Of a stretch of DNA of 37,473 nt, positions 25,349 to 34,832 are shown piece by piece. Location: positions 1 through 37,473 of IMG/VR virus record IMGVR_UViG_3300020043_002771. One strand, 5' to 3'. Made by a program: the position numbers and the translations under genes. The notes under the pieces were generated by a model that did not search any database, had not been told where the DNA came from, and saw only the letters and a list, made by a program, of their open reading frames with translations. Positions within the stretch are counted from its first letter, which is position 1, and each line of letters opens with the position of its first letter. This DNA comes from a virus (taxonomy: Duplodnaviria > Caudoviricetes).

Positions 25349-26251
25349 TTATACTGCTAAAGTCAAGTAAACAATTTCCTCAGCGTTGTAGTATCCAACA
25401 CCTACGTTGTAAACTACTTTACCGCGAACTTTACCAGTCAATAAACCGATTTCGTCCTCGTCTACCAAAGCAACTTGGTTGTGGTCAGCAGTCAAACCTG
25501 TTGCGAAAACTAAGTTTTTACGCTCGTAGATAACTACGGTGTTTGCAGGCAATCCGTTTAATACGGTCATTGTGTGACGTCCGAAAGTTAAAGCGAAGTC
25601 GTTGTTTCCGTTTCCGTAAACAATACCTTGAGTTGACAAGTAGAAAGCGTAGTATTGAGCAACGTCGGGAGATACTGCGAATACTAAATCTTTGTTTCTC
25701 AAAGCGATTGGCACGGCAGCCAAAGCTGGTTTCAAATATTTAGCCAAAACGTTTGCCTCAGTTACGGCAGCGTCAGCGGTTGGTTTGTTTACATCTCCAT
25801 CAGCATCGAACAAAGTCAAGAACCCGTCGAAGTTAGTTGATGACTGCCAAATGTCAGTCTCCAATTTCTCTCCGATAGCACCCAAAACTTCAGCTTGGAT
25901 AGCGTCCATAATGTCAGAAGGAGCGGTTGGGTTAGCAGCACCTGCTCCCATAATTCCATCAGACCAAGTAGCTCTGAAATCCTCTTTACAAACGTCAAAA
26001 TCGTTTTTGAATTTGAAAGGCTCGATCAAGTTTTCGTTTAATACGATTGTCCCAGCAGGAGCAAATCCGCAAGTATAAGCAGTTGTTCCGTCAGTGTATG
26101 CGATTTTACGCAATGACAATTTGTAGTTTACATTTTCAGCGATAGTTACCGCATTTTTTTCGATAGTGTCAATCGTTTTGAACGCTTGACCGATGATCAT
26201 ACCGGCATCACGGCCAGCGTAATTAGATGATACAGTTGTAGTTGTAGCCAT
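25349..26251 (-). CDS. Major capsid protein
   Basis: 300 aa after the protease/scaffold gene, with E..IW......FDG and NL.F.T.L motifs and a high-expression codon style. Confidence 0.8.
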   Translation of the reverse strand: MATTTTVSSNYAGRDAGMIIGQAFKTIDTIEKNAVTIAENVNYKLSLRKIAYTDGTTAYTCGFAPAGTIVLNENLIEPFKFKNDFDVCKEDFRATWSDGIMGAGAANPTAPSDIMDAIQAEVLGAIGEKLETDIWQSSTNFDGFLTLFDADGDVNKPTADAAVTEANVLAKYLKPALAAVPIALRNKDLVFAVSPDVAQYYAFYLSTQGIVYGNGNNDFALTFGRHTMTVLNGLPANTVVIYERKNLVFATGLTADHNQVALVDEDEIGLLTGKVRGKVVYNVGVGYYNAEEIVYLTLAV

Positions 26252-26254
26252 TTT

Positions 26255-27361
26255 TTAGTTTAAATTTTTAAGATTGTTTTGAATTTTTTGTGTTCTTGTC
26301 AATTTGACGTTTGAGTTTGAAACCTCTTTAACTTCGGGTTTCGCTTTTGTTGAAGCCTTAACCTCAACTTGAGTAGTTTTAACCTCAGCGATTTGAGAGC
26401 TTAACTCAGTTCTAACCGCTTCGATTTGTTTTGCTACCTCAACGCTCATTGAAGTAACGATTGATTTTACTAATGCAGCGAATTGATCCTCGCTTGACAT
26501 TTCCATAGGTGCCTCCTCAACAACTACTTCTTCAACCATTGCGTCTTTGATTTCAGCAATCACGCCTTCTTCGGTAATAACCAAAATGCGTCCGTCCTCA
26601 AGCTCATGCTCTCCAATTGGAGCAGGAACTTTGTCTCCGTTTTCAGCAACCACAAACACAGGCATACCTGCGTCGAATGATTCAGCCTCTAAAACGGTAA
26701 CACCATCTTTGAGCATCATGGTAGCCATTGTAACTTCTACGGCTTCCACTTGCTCAGCATCGCTCGATAAACTTACCGAAGCGAAACCTTCTTTTATCGC
26801 GTTAACGATTTCATTTAAATTCATACTATATTCACTTTTTAAATTTACTTTCTCTAAATCAAAAACCCCATCAATTGAGAAGCCTTTGACTTTACCTGTC
26901 TTAACGTAATCGTTCCAAATCTCGTCGTTGTTTACTTTCATAGCAGCAAACCACGTCCCAACTGGCTCATTAAATCCGTAGTGTACCGACTTGTCGTGTA
27001 CCTCGTCCATTTTAATCCACGTCTCAACAAATGTCACGTCTTCGATTTGTGTACCCGAATGCTCAATGGTTGAGTTGTTCTGATATCCTTGACGACTGAA
27101 ATTTTGTTGCACTTTTTTAATTGTCTCCGCAGGGAATACGATGTTAAATTCGTGTCCGTCTTGGTTTCTATATATTGGTTGGTTTGGTATTAATACCGCG
27201 CCCAATAAAATACGCTGCTCCTCGTTTATTGTAGCGAGTTTTATCTCTTTTTGTTTGGATAGTGTTACAAATTGCACACCAATAGCAGGATCAGAAACGA
27301 GTGACACCGCGTAGACGCCCTCGTTATCCTCCTCGTTAAATTTTACTTCATACGTTTCCAT
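26255..27361 (-). CDS. XkdF-like prohead serine protease fused to a scaffold domain
   Basis: SLV..PAI, G.VLIPN..IYR, EH, P.GTW and VKGFSIDG motifs, then an acidic P.GEHELEDG scaffold tail. Confidence 0.85.
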   Translation of the reverse strand: METYEVKFNEEDNEGVYAVSLVSDPAIGVQFVTLSKQKEIKLATINEEQRILLGAVLIPNQPIYRNQDGHEFNIVFPAETIKKVQQNFSRQGYQNNSTIEHSGTQIEDVTFVETWIKMDEVHDKSVHYGFNEPVGTWFAAMKVNNDEIWNDYVKTGKVKGFSIDGVFDLEKVNLKSEYSMNLNEIVNAIKEGFASVSLSSDAEQVEAVEVTMATMMLKDGVTVLEAESFDAGMPVFVVAENGDKVPAPIGEHELEDGRILVITEEGVIAEIKDAMVEEVVVEEAPMEMSSEDQFAALVKSIVTSMSVEVAKQIEAVRTELSSQIAEVKTTQVEVKASTKAKPEVKEVSNSNVKLTRTQKIQNNLKNLN

Positions 27362-27390
27362 ACCCTTATAACTGATTTTTAATTGTTTGT
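27362..27390 (-). promoter_or_regulatory. Putative phage late promoter
   Basis: ACAAA-N10-TCAGTTATA-AGGGT-ATG. Confidence 0.75.
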
Positions 27391-27461
27391 TATAAACTTT
27401 TTTTCGTTTTAAACTTTCAAGTTTAAAAACTTAACTCTTTTTTCAACTTTTAAATTGATTT

Positions 27462-29324
27462 TTACCCCCCAAGCGTTGCGCTTTGAATGATGTTGCGGTC
27501 TAAACTTTGGGCCGTTGTCACGTTATTTGCTACGACATAGGCTTGGACTGGTTGCTGCTGACGTCCCGCGATTGCGCCTGCCAATTGGTTAGTACCTGTA
27601 TTGCCAACGACGTTGAATTGTGGAGCCGTTGCTCCGCCGCCGCCTGTTGATCCGCCACCTAAATTTGGTGCGCTTGAGCCACTTGGATCGGTTGACATTA
27701 TTTTCTTAATTTGTAAGAGTGAAAACGCTCCAGCTAACCCCGCTTGGATGTAAGGATAAGCAGGGAATGTTCCTGTAATTGGAGAAGATTGAGCAGTTGT
27801 AAAAGCATTTTGCACTCCTTGATATCCGCTGATTGTCGCTTGTGCAACCGCTAACGCTTTACCAACTTTTGAGCCTTTCCCTGCTATCTCTCCAATCAAT
27901 GCAAGCGTGTTTTGTGCGATGTCGAGTTTGGCGTTTGCTACTGCTCGCTCGCGAATTTTTGTTTCCTCTGCTGCCTTCTCGTCTTTTTGCTTTTGCTCCT
28001 CTCTAATTTTATCCTCCTCGCTTGCGTATTTCTGCATTATAGCGGTACGCTCAACCGCAAAAGCATCGGTCAAAGTTGTAGTGTCTTGACCTAATTTTGT
28101 TGCAAGTGCAATTTGGTCTTGATATTTTTTATCAACTGCCGCAAGCTCAATTTCTTGTTGAGTCATTGTTGACTCAGTTATTACTTTTTGAGCGTCTTGA
28201 TTTGCTTTATAAAGTTCGTCCCATTTGTTTTGAATTTCCTCTGCCTTTTGTTTTTCAATTTCCGCTAAGGCTTCGGCTGCTTTTTGACGCTCTGCAAATC
28301 TTTCCTCTGCTGCTTTTTGCTCGGCTGCTCTTGCTGCTTTGTCTGCATCAGCTAATTGTTTGCCGTGTGTTGCTCGTAAAACGCGCTCGTCTTGCAACGA
28401 TTGGTCAAGTTTCTCTTGATCGTCAGCATATAATTTTTGCTTGCGTTTAATGTTATCAAGCTCGATTTGGTATGTGTCCTTGCCTGCCGCTTTAAGTACT
28501 GCAATTTGATTTTCAGTATCTTTTATTTGTTTTTCAAGCCTCTCTTTTGCTGCCGCATCTCTTTGGCTTTGGCGTTCTTTTGCTGCGCCTGCCTCGTAAT
28601 TACCAACTACATCAAAGCCTTTTTTAATCTCCTCAATCGCTCCTTTAAAATCTCCGCTAATTAATTGGCCCAACGCTTTGAATGGTGCAAGGATGTAACT
28701 TTTGATTACATTACCAGCTCCAAAGGCGTACTCTTTTAACTTGTTAAAAATCTCGCCTACGTTATTAAGTGCAGGAAACGCCTCTTTTACTGATTTAACA
28801 ATTGCCTCCCAATTAGCCACAATAAGACCAAGAGAAACTACAAGCAATCCAATACCTGTTGCTCCGATTCCTGCCTTGATTCCTTTTAGCGCATCGGTTG
28901 CAACCGCCTTGAGTTGTTTAAACGAGTCGCGACTTTCTCCAATAGCTTGCAATCCTTGAGAAAGTGCCATTGCGGATTGAACTTTTAAAAGCGACTCCTC
29001 TAAGTTTTTATTCTCAACACCTGCCAAATTGAGCGCACCTTGATACGCTGAAAAGCCAGCAGCAACACCCGACAAAGACGAGGTCAATGCCTTAAATTTT
29101 GCATCGGGATTGAAAGCGTCGGTCAAGGCTTTGGCGTCTCCGATTCGGTCTTTAAGTTCTCCCGCTCTTTTTGCTGCTTCAATGGCTTGAGCTGACGTTG
29201 CCCCAAATTTATCCGAAAGCGCAGCAACTTCCGCTTGCGCTTGTTTAAGCTGCGTGCGTAAACTGCCAACGGCTTGGTCGACATTGCCTTGTACTTTTAT
29301 GTCAATTACCTTCTCTATTGCCAT
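27462..29324 (-). CDS. Tape measure protein
   Basis: 620 aa, Ala-rich and helical, with TGIGLLVV.LG...ANW, a coiled coil and a terminal PVQAYVV motif. Confidence 0.85.
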   Translation of the reverse strand: MAIEKVIDIKVQGNVDQAVGSLRTQLKQAQAEVAALSDKFGATSAQAIEAAKRAGELKDRIGDAKALTDAFNPDAKFKALTSSLSGVAAGFSAYQGALNLAGVENKNLEESLLKVQSAMALSQGLQAIGESRDSFKQLKAVATDALKGIKAGIGATGIGLLVVSLGLIVANWEAIVKSVKEAFPALNNVGEIFNKLKEYAFGAGNVIKSYILAPFKALGQLISGDFKGAIEEIKKGFDVVGNYEAGAAKERQSQRDAAAKERLEKQIKDTENQIAVLKAAGKDTYQIELDNIKRKQKLYADDQEKLDQSLQDERVLRATHGKQLADADKAARAAEQKAAEERFAERQKAAEALAEIEKQKAEEIQNKWDELYKANQDAQKVITESTMTQQEIELAAVDKKYQDQIALATKLGQDTTTLTDAFAVERTAIMQKYASEEDKIREEQKQKDEKAAEETKIRERAVANAKLDIAQNTLALIGEIAGKGSKVGKALAVAQATISGYQGVQNAFTTAQSSPITGTFPAYPYIQAGLAGAFSLLQIKKIMSTDPSGSSAPNLGGGSTGGGGATAPQFNVVGNTGTNQLAGAIAGRQQQPVQAYVVANNVTTAQSLDRNIIQSATLGG

Positions 29325-29452
29325 TTTATTGCCTTTTTAAATAGTTGTAAATAGTTTTTTGTGTACTCATAACGCCCCTTAGCGATTGAGATTATTTCGT
29401 TGCTTTCGTATTGCTCCGCGATTTGGAGCATTTGTAAAATGTGATTAAGCAT
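29315..29452 (-). CDS. Small protein (45 aa) between the tail and tape measure genes
   Basis: Hand-translated MLNHILQMLQIAEQYESNEIISIAKGRY...; overlaps both neighbours. Confidence 0.55.
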   Translation of the reverse strand: MLNHILQMLQIAEQYESNEIISIAKGRYEYTKNYLQLFKKAIKWQ

Positions 29453-31772
29453 ATTGGTAAACTGGTATATAAATAAAAGTTCCTACTCCGTTTTTAAAGC
29501 CTTCTAAAATTATTGCATCCGTGCGATCTACGCCACTTGAATTTATAGGGATAGTCACGTTTAAAATAACATCCTCCTCGTTGTCGGTGCTTGTTGTATA
29601 GCTCAAAAATCCTGCTGGTGTTTTCACGTCAAATGTGTCCCAATTGTTTTTGAGGCAAATCACTTGCACGGTTTGCGCTGAATGGTTTACGATTAATGAT
29701 TGCACGTTTGCGGGCTTGTCTAATTCAACCAAAGACGTTTGATTTCGGTAATCACTTATTAACTCGAAATTGACTTCGCCTGTTGTGAGGTCGGTTGTCA
29801 TGGTGTTAATTATATACCGCTTATTCGACAATACAATTCGATCGTTTAATCTTATCGATGTAAGTAAAAAAGGCCCGAGTTGAGATTTCGCTTTGATTAC
29901 TCGAGTGCGTTGGTTATATAAGTTCTCAATATACTGCTGATAGTATCGATTATAAAGTCCCTTTGGTGCAGGTTGCAAATACCAAGGTGAAAACTCAACG
30001 CCCCAATTTAAAGAGTACAAATAAGACAAATCGCTTCCCATTGCGTTATACTCATTTGAGAAACGGTTGTAATTTGTGATTGCCGTCGGTGTGATTAAAG
30101 CCTCAGTCCATACTTGTATTCTATCGCCACCCACCAAAGGATCGGGCAATAGGCCATTTAAGTACATAAGCACAGGCTTTGGCGTATATGGTTGCAAATT
30201 TATATTTATAAAACTGCACGTCTCAAAGTTGTAACCCGTTGTTCGCTCACACATTGGATTTTCAAAAGGCAATTTTACCTCGTATTTTTCAGTAAATGCC
30301 GAGTTTGGATTGTCGAAAAACAAATCGCCATACTCCAAATTGTTTAAATTTCGGTATTTTGTGTTTAAAATATTCTCCGATTTCTCGTATTTGAAGTCCA
30401 ATCGCTTGAATAATTTAGGCTTTGAAATGTCGATTGTGTCCGCTTGAGTGTATTCGGTAATATCTACAATTCGACCGCGTTGGTAATACTCCTCCAACGT
30501 CTGAAAAAAGAAAGTATTTTCGCCTGTTGGTATAATTACAAGGTTGAACATTTTAACAAATGCAGTCAAAAAGTCGTTTATTTTAAGCTCGGGCATAAAT
30601 TTAGCGACGTCCATTACTGGAGTAGTTGCCAATCCGCTACCTGTTGCAACGTATGTGGTTGGAATAAGTGGATTTCCTGTCCAAGTTTTATAAGTCAAAG
30701 TGGCGGAGAAGTTAAAAACGGCCGCGTCTGAGTCGACTATAAAATACCAGTTATAAGCTCCTTGATCATTTACATAACTCTCGTCGTAAAAATTGACTGT
30801 TGCGCCTCCGATTAAATTCGTGTAGGTATTAAAAAGCAATCCATTTCGGTAAACTCGTATATTAAAATTCACGCCGCCTGTTCCTGTAATTGTAAGCGAT
30901 GCGGTTTGACGTCTAAATTGAGAAGTTGAAAATCCCCAACTCGTATAAAGTGAGCTTCCAAATATTGGCATCCCCGTTGTTGAGCTTGTAAACGTTACAG
31001 GAATTGAACTATTAAAAGTTGTCAATTCAGTACCATTTTTACAATAGAAATGCAAATTTGTAAATTGCTCGTTATCCTCGTCAAAGATTGAACCCGAAAA
31101 TCCAACGCCATACGTTGATTGTATGCGGTCAAAAATTTCCGATATAGGGATAGCAGGAAATAATTCATTCCATTTTACTGCCGTGTCATCTCCGTAGTCA
31201 ATAGTTACATCTGTCGGAAATCCGTCGTTGTATGTGTAGTGTATTTTGCTCCCAAATAAAGGGTATTTCACAACGTAGCCGCTTGATTCAATTCGGTCAA
31301 TGACTTCCGCTGGCGTGTATTGGTGTTGTATACTTGAGTAATCTAAACTGCCGATTTTATCCTCTAAAAACAAATCCGAAAGTTGAGACAAATTACCCAC
31401 AAAGTTGATTGTGTAGCTTTCAATGTAGCCATTTTTTTTGTTAGCTTGTTGCATTACAAATTTACCATCTCGGAAAGGCACCGTATCAATCTCGATAAAG
31501 CCGTAGTATTTGACGCGGTGGTCAAAGGCGTTGTCAACGTTTAACTGATTGTCAACGTTTGTATCTCCAACGGCTGACTCATACCAATGGCGAAAAATAG
31601 CGTTGTTATGCTTGCTCGCTGGGATTGTGAACGTCTGAGAATAATCCGTAAATAGGGTTGAAATTTCTCTAAAATTGGCGATGCTCGAAGTGACCGAAAT
31701 TTTTTCGTCGTTGAATAACTCAATCCTATGGCCAACGCCATCGACATAAATATAAAGTTGTACTGTCTGCAT
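29445..31772 (-). CDS. Large tail tip / baseplate hub-like protein
   Basis: 775 aa, beta-rich, with YSQTFTIPAS..NN and DFL....KMFNL. Adjacent to the tape measure gene. Confidence 0.7.
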   Translation of the reverse strand: MQTVQLYIYVDGVGHRIELFNDEKISVTSSIANFREISTLFTDYSQTFTIPASKHNNAIFRHWYESAVGDTNVDNQLNVDNAFDHRVKYYGFIEIDTVPFRDGKFVMQQANKKNGYIESYTINFVGNLSQLSDLFLEDKIGSLDYSSIQHQYTPAEVIDRIESSGYVVKYPLFGSKIHYTYNDGFPTDVTIDYGDDTAVKWNELFPAIPISEIFDRIQSTYGVGFSGSIFDEDNEQFTNLHFYCKNGTELTTFNSSIPVTFTSSTTGMPIFGSSLYTSWGFSTSQFRRQTASLTITGTGGVNFNIRVYRNGLLFNTYTNLIGGATVNFYDESYVNDQGAYNWYFIVDSDAAVFNFSATLTYKTWTGNPLIPTTYVATGSGLATTPVMDVAKFMPELKINDFLTAFVKMFNLVIIPTGENTFFFQTLEEYYQRGRIVDITEYTQADTIDISKPKLFKRLDFKYEKSENILNTKYRNLNNLEYGDLFFDNPNSAFTEKYEVKLPFENPMCERTTGYNFETCSFININLQPYTPKPVLMYLNGLLPDPLVGGDRIQVWTEALITPTAITNYNRFSNEYNAMGSDLSYLYSLNWGVEFSPWYLQPAPKGLYNRYYQQYIENLYNQRTRVIKAKSQLGPFLLTSIRLNDRIVLSNKRYIINTMTTDLTTGEVNFELISDYRNQTSLVELDKPANVQSLIVNHSAQTVQVICLKNNWDTFDVKTPAGFLSYTTSTDNEEDVILNVTIPINSSGVDRTDAIILEGFKNGVGTFIYIPVYQYA

Positions 31773-32845
31773 TATACGACGTCGTTAATTATGTTATACG
31801 AGTACTCAAAGTCAATTGTGTAGTTGATATTCTTATCTTTTAATCTCGTCTTGAGAGCGGTCGATTTGCTCTTCACGTTTACGGGTTTATCATCAAGTAG
31901 CACCGTTTGGCTGAGCATCAAATCAGTAACAATTTCTGCGTAGCTCTCGTCAACCCAACCCGTGTTGAGAGTGACCGATTGCTTACCGCTAAAATTAAAC
32001 GATTGGAATTGATTGCGAAGTGGGTTGTAATCCACCGCATCGGGCAATAGTTGAAAGGTCGAGTTTTCAGTTTGCAAACTATTTGTCTGCGCTTTGAAAA
32101 ACGTTAAAAATTGCCACCCTCCAAATCGGTTGATAAATGCACATTGTACTGGCGTATATTTAAACTCTTCAATTGAATTAATATTAATGCTAAATAAAGT
32201 ATCTTCACCAAAAAATACTCTTATCTTATTAACTGTGTAAGGATTAACTAAGTTTGTATTTACGTAAGGAATTTTGAATAAAATTATTTCATTACCTCTG
32301 TTGTTTAATGTTTCGATATGTGTATTTATACCATTTGTATAATTTACATTTAAATTAGAAGTTGGGTCTGTTTCACTTTGAACTAATACATTAAAATAGC
32401 CATTATCATCGTTCTTTATTATATCTACACTTAGTAATTGATTTAAAAATTTAAAAGATGCACTTATTGGAGATTGATTTCCTTGCATATAATCCGTAAA
32501 TCCATTAAGTCCCACATAATTTTCAGTAGCTATTAATGTCAAATCCTTTGGGTCGGTTCCGCTAAAAGTTTCTACTTTGAACAAACACCAGCATTTAGGA
32601 TTTTCTTCTTCAATTACATTATTATTATCTGCTGAAATAGGGTCTATAAATTCTTGCAATTGGTTTGAAATATTATAAACGCATTCTCTATTTACCAAGC
32701 TGGGAACTGATTTACTAAATGTGTAACTTGGCATCGTTGGCTCAGCATCTCCTTTATTCCAAATGTATAACTTTACTTGCGTAAACAATTGCCCCGCTTC
32801 ATTCACAACTATTTTAAACGGACTTCTAACTTGTACTATATTCAT
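31772..32845 (-). CDS. Minor tail / distal-tail-like protein (module B)
   Basis: Paralog of 272-1381: near-identical C-terminus, divergent N-terminal two thirds. Confidence 0.65.
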   Translation of the reverse strand: MNIVQVRSPFKIVVNEAGQLFTQVKLYIWNKGDAEPTMPSYTFSKSVPSLVNRECVYNISNQLQEFIDPISADNNNVIEEENPKCWCLFKVETFSGTDPKDLTLIATENYVGLNGFTDYMQGNQSPISASFKFLNQLLSVDIIKNDDNGYFNVLVQSETDPTSNLNVNYTNGINTHIETLNNRGNEIILFKIPYVNTNLVNPYTVNKIRVFFGEDTLFSININSIEEFKYTPVQCAFINRFGGWQFLTFFKAQTNSLQTENSTFQLLPDAVDYNPLRNQFQSFNFSGKQSVTLNTGWVDESYAEIVTDLMLSQTVLLDDKPVNVKSKSTALKTRLKDKNINYTIDFEYSYNIINDVV

Positions 32846-33372
32846 TTTATATCTTTTAAATTATAATCTACCATCGTTTCAACATCAGCCCCAAAAGCCT
32901 TAACCAAATCTACATCTATATATTTCTTATAACCAGCCTCAAAAGGTTTTGTGAAAAATAAACTTGGTTTAATTCCTTTGTGAAAAATTGACCTCGTTAT
33001 TAAATAAGCAGTCGATTGATAGCTTAGAAATTTACCGCTTTTTTTATCCCTAAATTGAAATCCTTTAGCACGTACCCATTTGTCAATCCCTTGAGTTAAA
33101 CCTCCTTTTACACCCGTTCCAGAACCAAACTTAAAAGGACTATTCGGAGCTTTTAAACTTGAAGTTTTACCTTTCACACCTTGATCTTGAAACGCTCCAT
33201 AGTCATCCATTTTAAAACCTACAATTGTAAAGTTATTTTCAGTCACTATCTCGCCTTTTAAGCTATTGTAAAGGTCTTTACTTACGTTCTTACCGCCCTT
33301 TGTAAGATTGCTCCTTGACTGCTGTATTACATAGTCACGGAATTTCTTAATAACGCTATCAACTTCTAACAT
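32842..33372 (-). CDS. Tail completion / neck protein (module B)
   Basis: Paralog of 1359-1889, with DQGVKG, APNSPF and FFTKPFE. Confidence 0.6.
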   Translation of the reverse strand: MLEVDSVIKKFRDYVIQQSRSNLTKGGKNVSKDLYNSLKGEIVTENNFTIVGFKMDDYGAFQDQGVKGKTSSLKAPNSPFKFGSGTGVKGGLTQGIDKWVRAKGFQFRDKKSGKFLSYQSTAYLITRSIFHKGIKPSLFFTKPFEAGYKKYIDVDLVKAFGADVETMVDYNLKDIK

Positions 33373-33791
33373 ATAGTCATATCGTTTGGAACGGTTAAAT
33401 CAAAAGTAGCGGTACAACCTGCCACTTTGTCCTCAAATCTATCCCGAAAAAATTCATAAGAAGGTGCGCCTTCAATTACATAATTATCATCCGTAATTCT
33501 ACCACGTTTTAACAGTTCACAAAGCCTAACGCCCACCATAGATTGGGTATTCATTACGTACATTTCGTTACTATCATCATCATTGACTAAATCCATCGAT
33601 ATTACGCTTATATTGTAGTTAAAAGCGTTACCATTTTCACGAAAACTATTGATAATTATGTGTGAAATTGGGTATATATCACGCTTATTTGTCGCCACAT
33701 TAAAGATTGAGCCACTTGAAACGGTGTTACAAAACTCGTCTTGCTTTAATTGTTCCGTAATTGCATCTACTATTTGTAAAATTCCTTTCAT
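33366..33791 (-). CDS. Putative tail terminator (module B)
   Basis: Paralog of 1879-2343. Confidence 0.55.
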   Translation of the reverse strand: MKGILQIVDAITEQLKQDEFCNTVSSGSIFNVATNKRDIYPISHIIINSFRENGNAFNYNISVISMDLVNDDDSNEMYVMNTQSMVGVRLCELLKRGRITDDNYVIEGAPSYEFFRDRFEDKVAGCTATFDLTVPNDMTIC

Positions 33792-34043
33792 TTTTTTAGC
33801 ATTTTCATTTCTATTTCTGTTTTTTCCTTCTCAAAAGTTAAAAAAACTAAACTTTGATGAAGTGGAAGTTTGGTCGCATCGTCAATTCTAAAAGCGTTTC
33901 CTTTAGCGAGAGCATAGAGGCTGTTATACCATCCCCATTTTGCCCCAAATTGTGCTGTTGCAGAATATTCTGAACCTCCTGATTGTTCTCCAAATAGTTC
34001 AGGGTAGAGTTCAACAATGCGTTGGCTAAATTGTAAAAAAAAA
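33788..34043 (-). CDS. -1 frameshift extension of the chaperone (module B; not in the ORF track)
   Basis: From the T9 run: VFFLQFSQRIVELYPELF...FGAKWGWYNSLYALA...LPLHQSLVFLTFEKEK...MLKK*. The stop overlaps the next ATG. Confidence 0.8.
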
Positions 34044-34527
34044 CAATCGAACCGAGTACGGCATCGAGTGGTGCAAACTTCATAACTTCGCTATATGTGA
34101 TTGTACCTTGGTACGGTTGTATATCGTATTTATCTTTGCCTAATCGTTTTGTAATTGGGCGGTACATAACAGCCATCGCCTTATGCATATTGTCCCAATC
34201 AGATATATACTTTGTTAAATCAATATATTCTCCATTTGTGATTTCGTCAAGGTTAGGAATAAATCCAAATTCAACGCCACCCATTTTAAATGTTGGTACG
34301 TATTTATGTTCCTCCTGGAACATCTTACTAAGGCTTTCAGAAATTTCGTTTACATCTTTGTAGCGTATCTGTGCCACGTCTTTTAAATCGATGCCACAAA
34401 AGATTTGTATCATTTTTTGCTGCACAAATTCAGGGTCATCGTTTGAGTTGGCGACCGTTAAAAATGCCTGATATTTTGCGAGTGTAATCTCGTTTAATTT
34501 CGTTGGGATAGTTAGTTCTAATTTCAT
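33847..34527 (-). CDS. Putative tail assembly chaperone, zero-frame product (module B)
   Basis: Paralog of 2393-3085, with a T9 run at 34035-34043. Confidence 0.65.
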   Translation of the reverse strand: MKLELTIPTKLNEITLAKYQAFLTVANSNDDPEFVQQKMIQIFCGIDLKDVAQIRYKDVNEISESLSKMFQEEHKYVPTFKMGGVEFGFIPNLDEITNGEYIDLTKYISDWDNMHKAMAVMYRPITKRLGKDKYDIQPYQGTITYSEVMKFAPLDAVLGSIVFFYNLANALLNSTLNYLENNQEVQNILQQHNLGQNGDGITASMLSLKETLLELTMRPNFHFIKV

Positions 34528-34557
34528 AACTACAATACGAAAATTTAACGTTTTTGT
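34528..34557 (-). promoter_or_regulatory. Variant late promoter ACAAA-N12-TCGTATT-N6-ATG (module B)
   Basis: Same position as 3086-3114, with the same upstream box and a different downstream box. Confidence 0.5.
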
Positions 34558-34560
34558 TAT

Positions 34561-34594
34561 AAAAAAAAAGCCTTACATTTCTGCAAGGCTTTTT
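34561..34594 (-). terminator. Intrinsic terminator
   Basis: AAGCCTTGCAG-AAA-TGTAAGGCTT hairpin with a T9 tract. Confidence 0.8.
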
Positions 34595-34613
34595 CCACTA
34601 ATACAAATAAAAA

Positions 34614-34769
34614 CTAATTAACCAAAATACTAAAAAAATTATAACCAATAAACAACTCTTTAAATTCTTTCAAAGCATCAATTGAATTTCTAGCTTCAAT
34701 TGTTTTAACTTCAAAATCCTTTTCATTATCACCCCAACGATGCCAGCCTGTAATTTTATATTTTTTCAT
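34614..34769 (-). CDS. Moron-like small protein (51 aa)
   Basis: MKKYKITGWHRWGD..., preceded by a TATCTTTG promoter element (34782-34789) and followed by a terminator. Confidence 0.6.
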   Translation of the reverse strand: MKKYKITGWHRWGDNEKDFEVKTIEARNSIDALKEFKELFIGYNFFSILVN

Positions 34770-34832
34770 TTTATTTTTTATCAAAGATAATGTAAAACTA
34801 ATCAATATAAATTTTTTTTAACAAAACTTTAA

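Noticed and set aside
31530-31561. Short direct repeat TTGTCAACGTTT
   Set aside because: An in-frame NVDN..NVDN microduplication inside the tail gene with no sign of a separate role.
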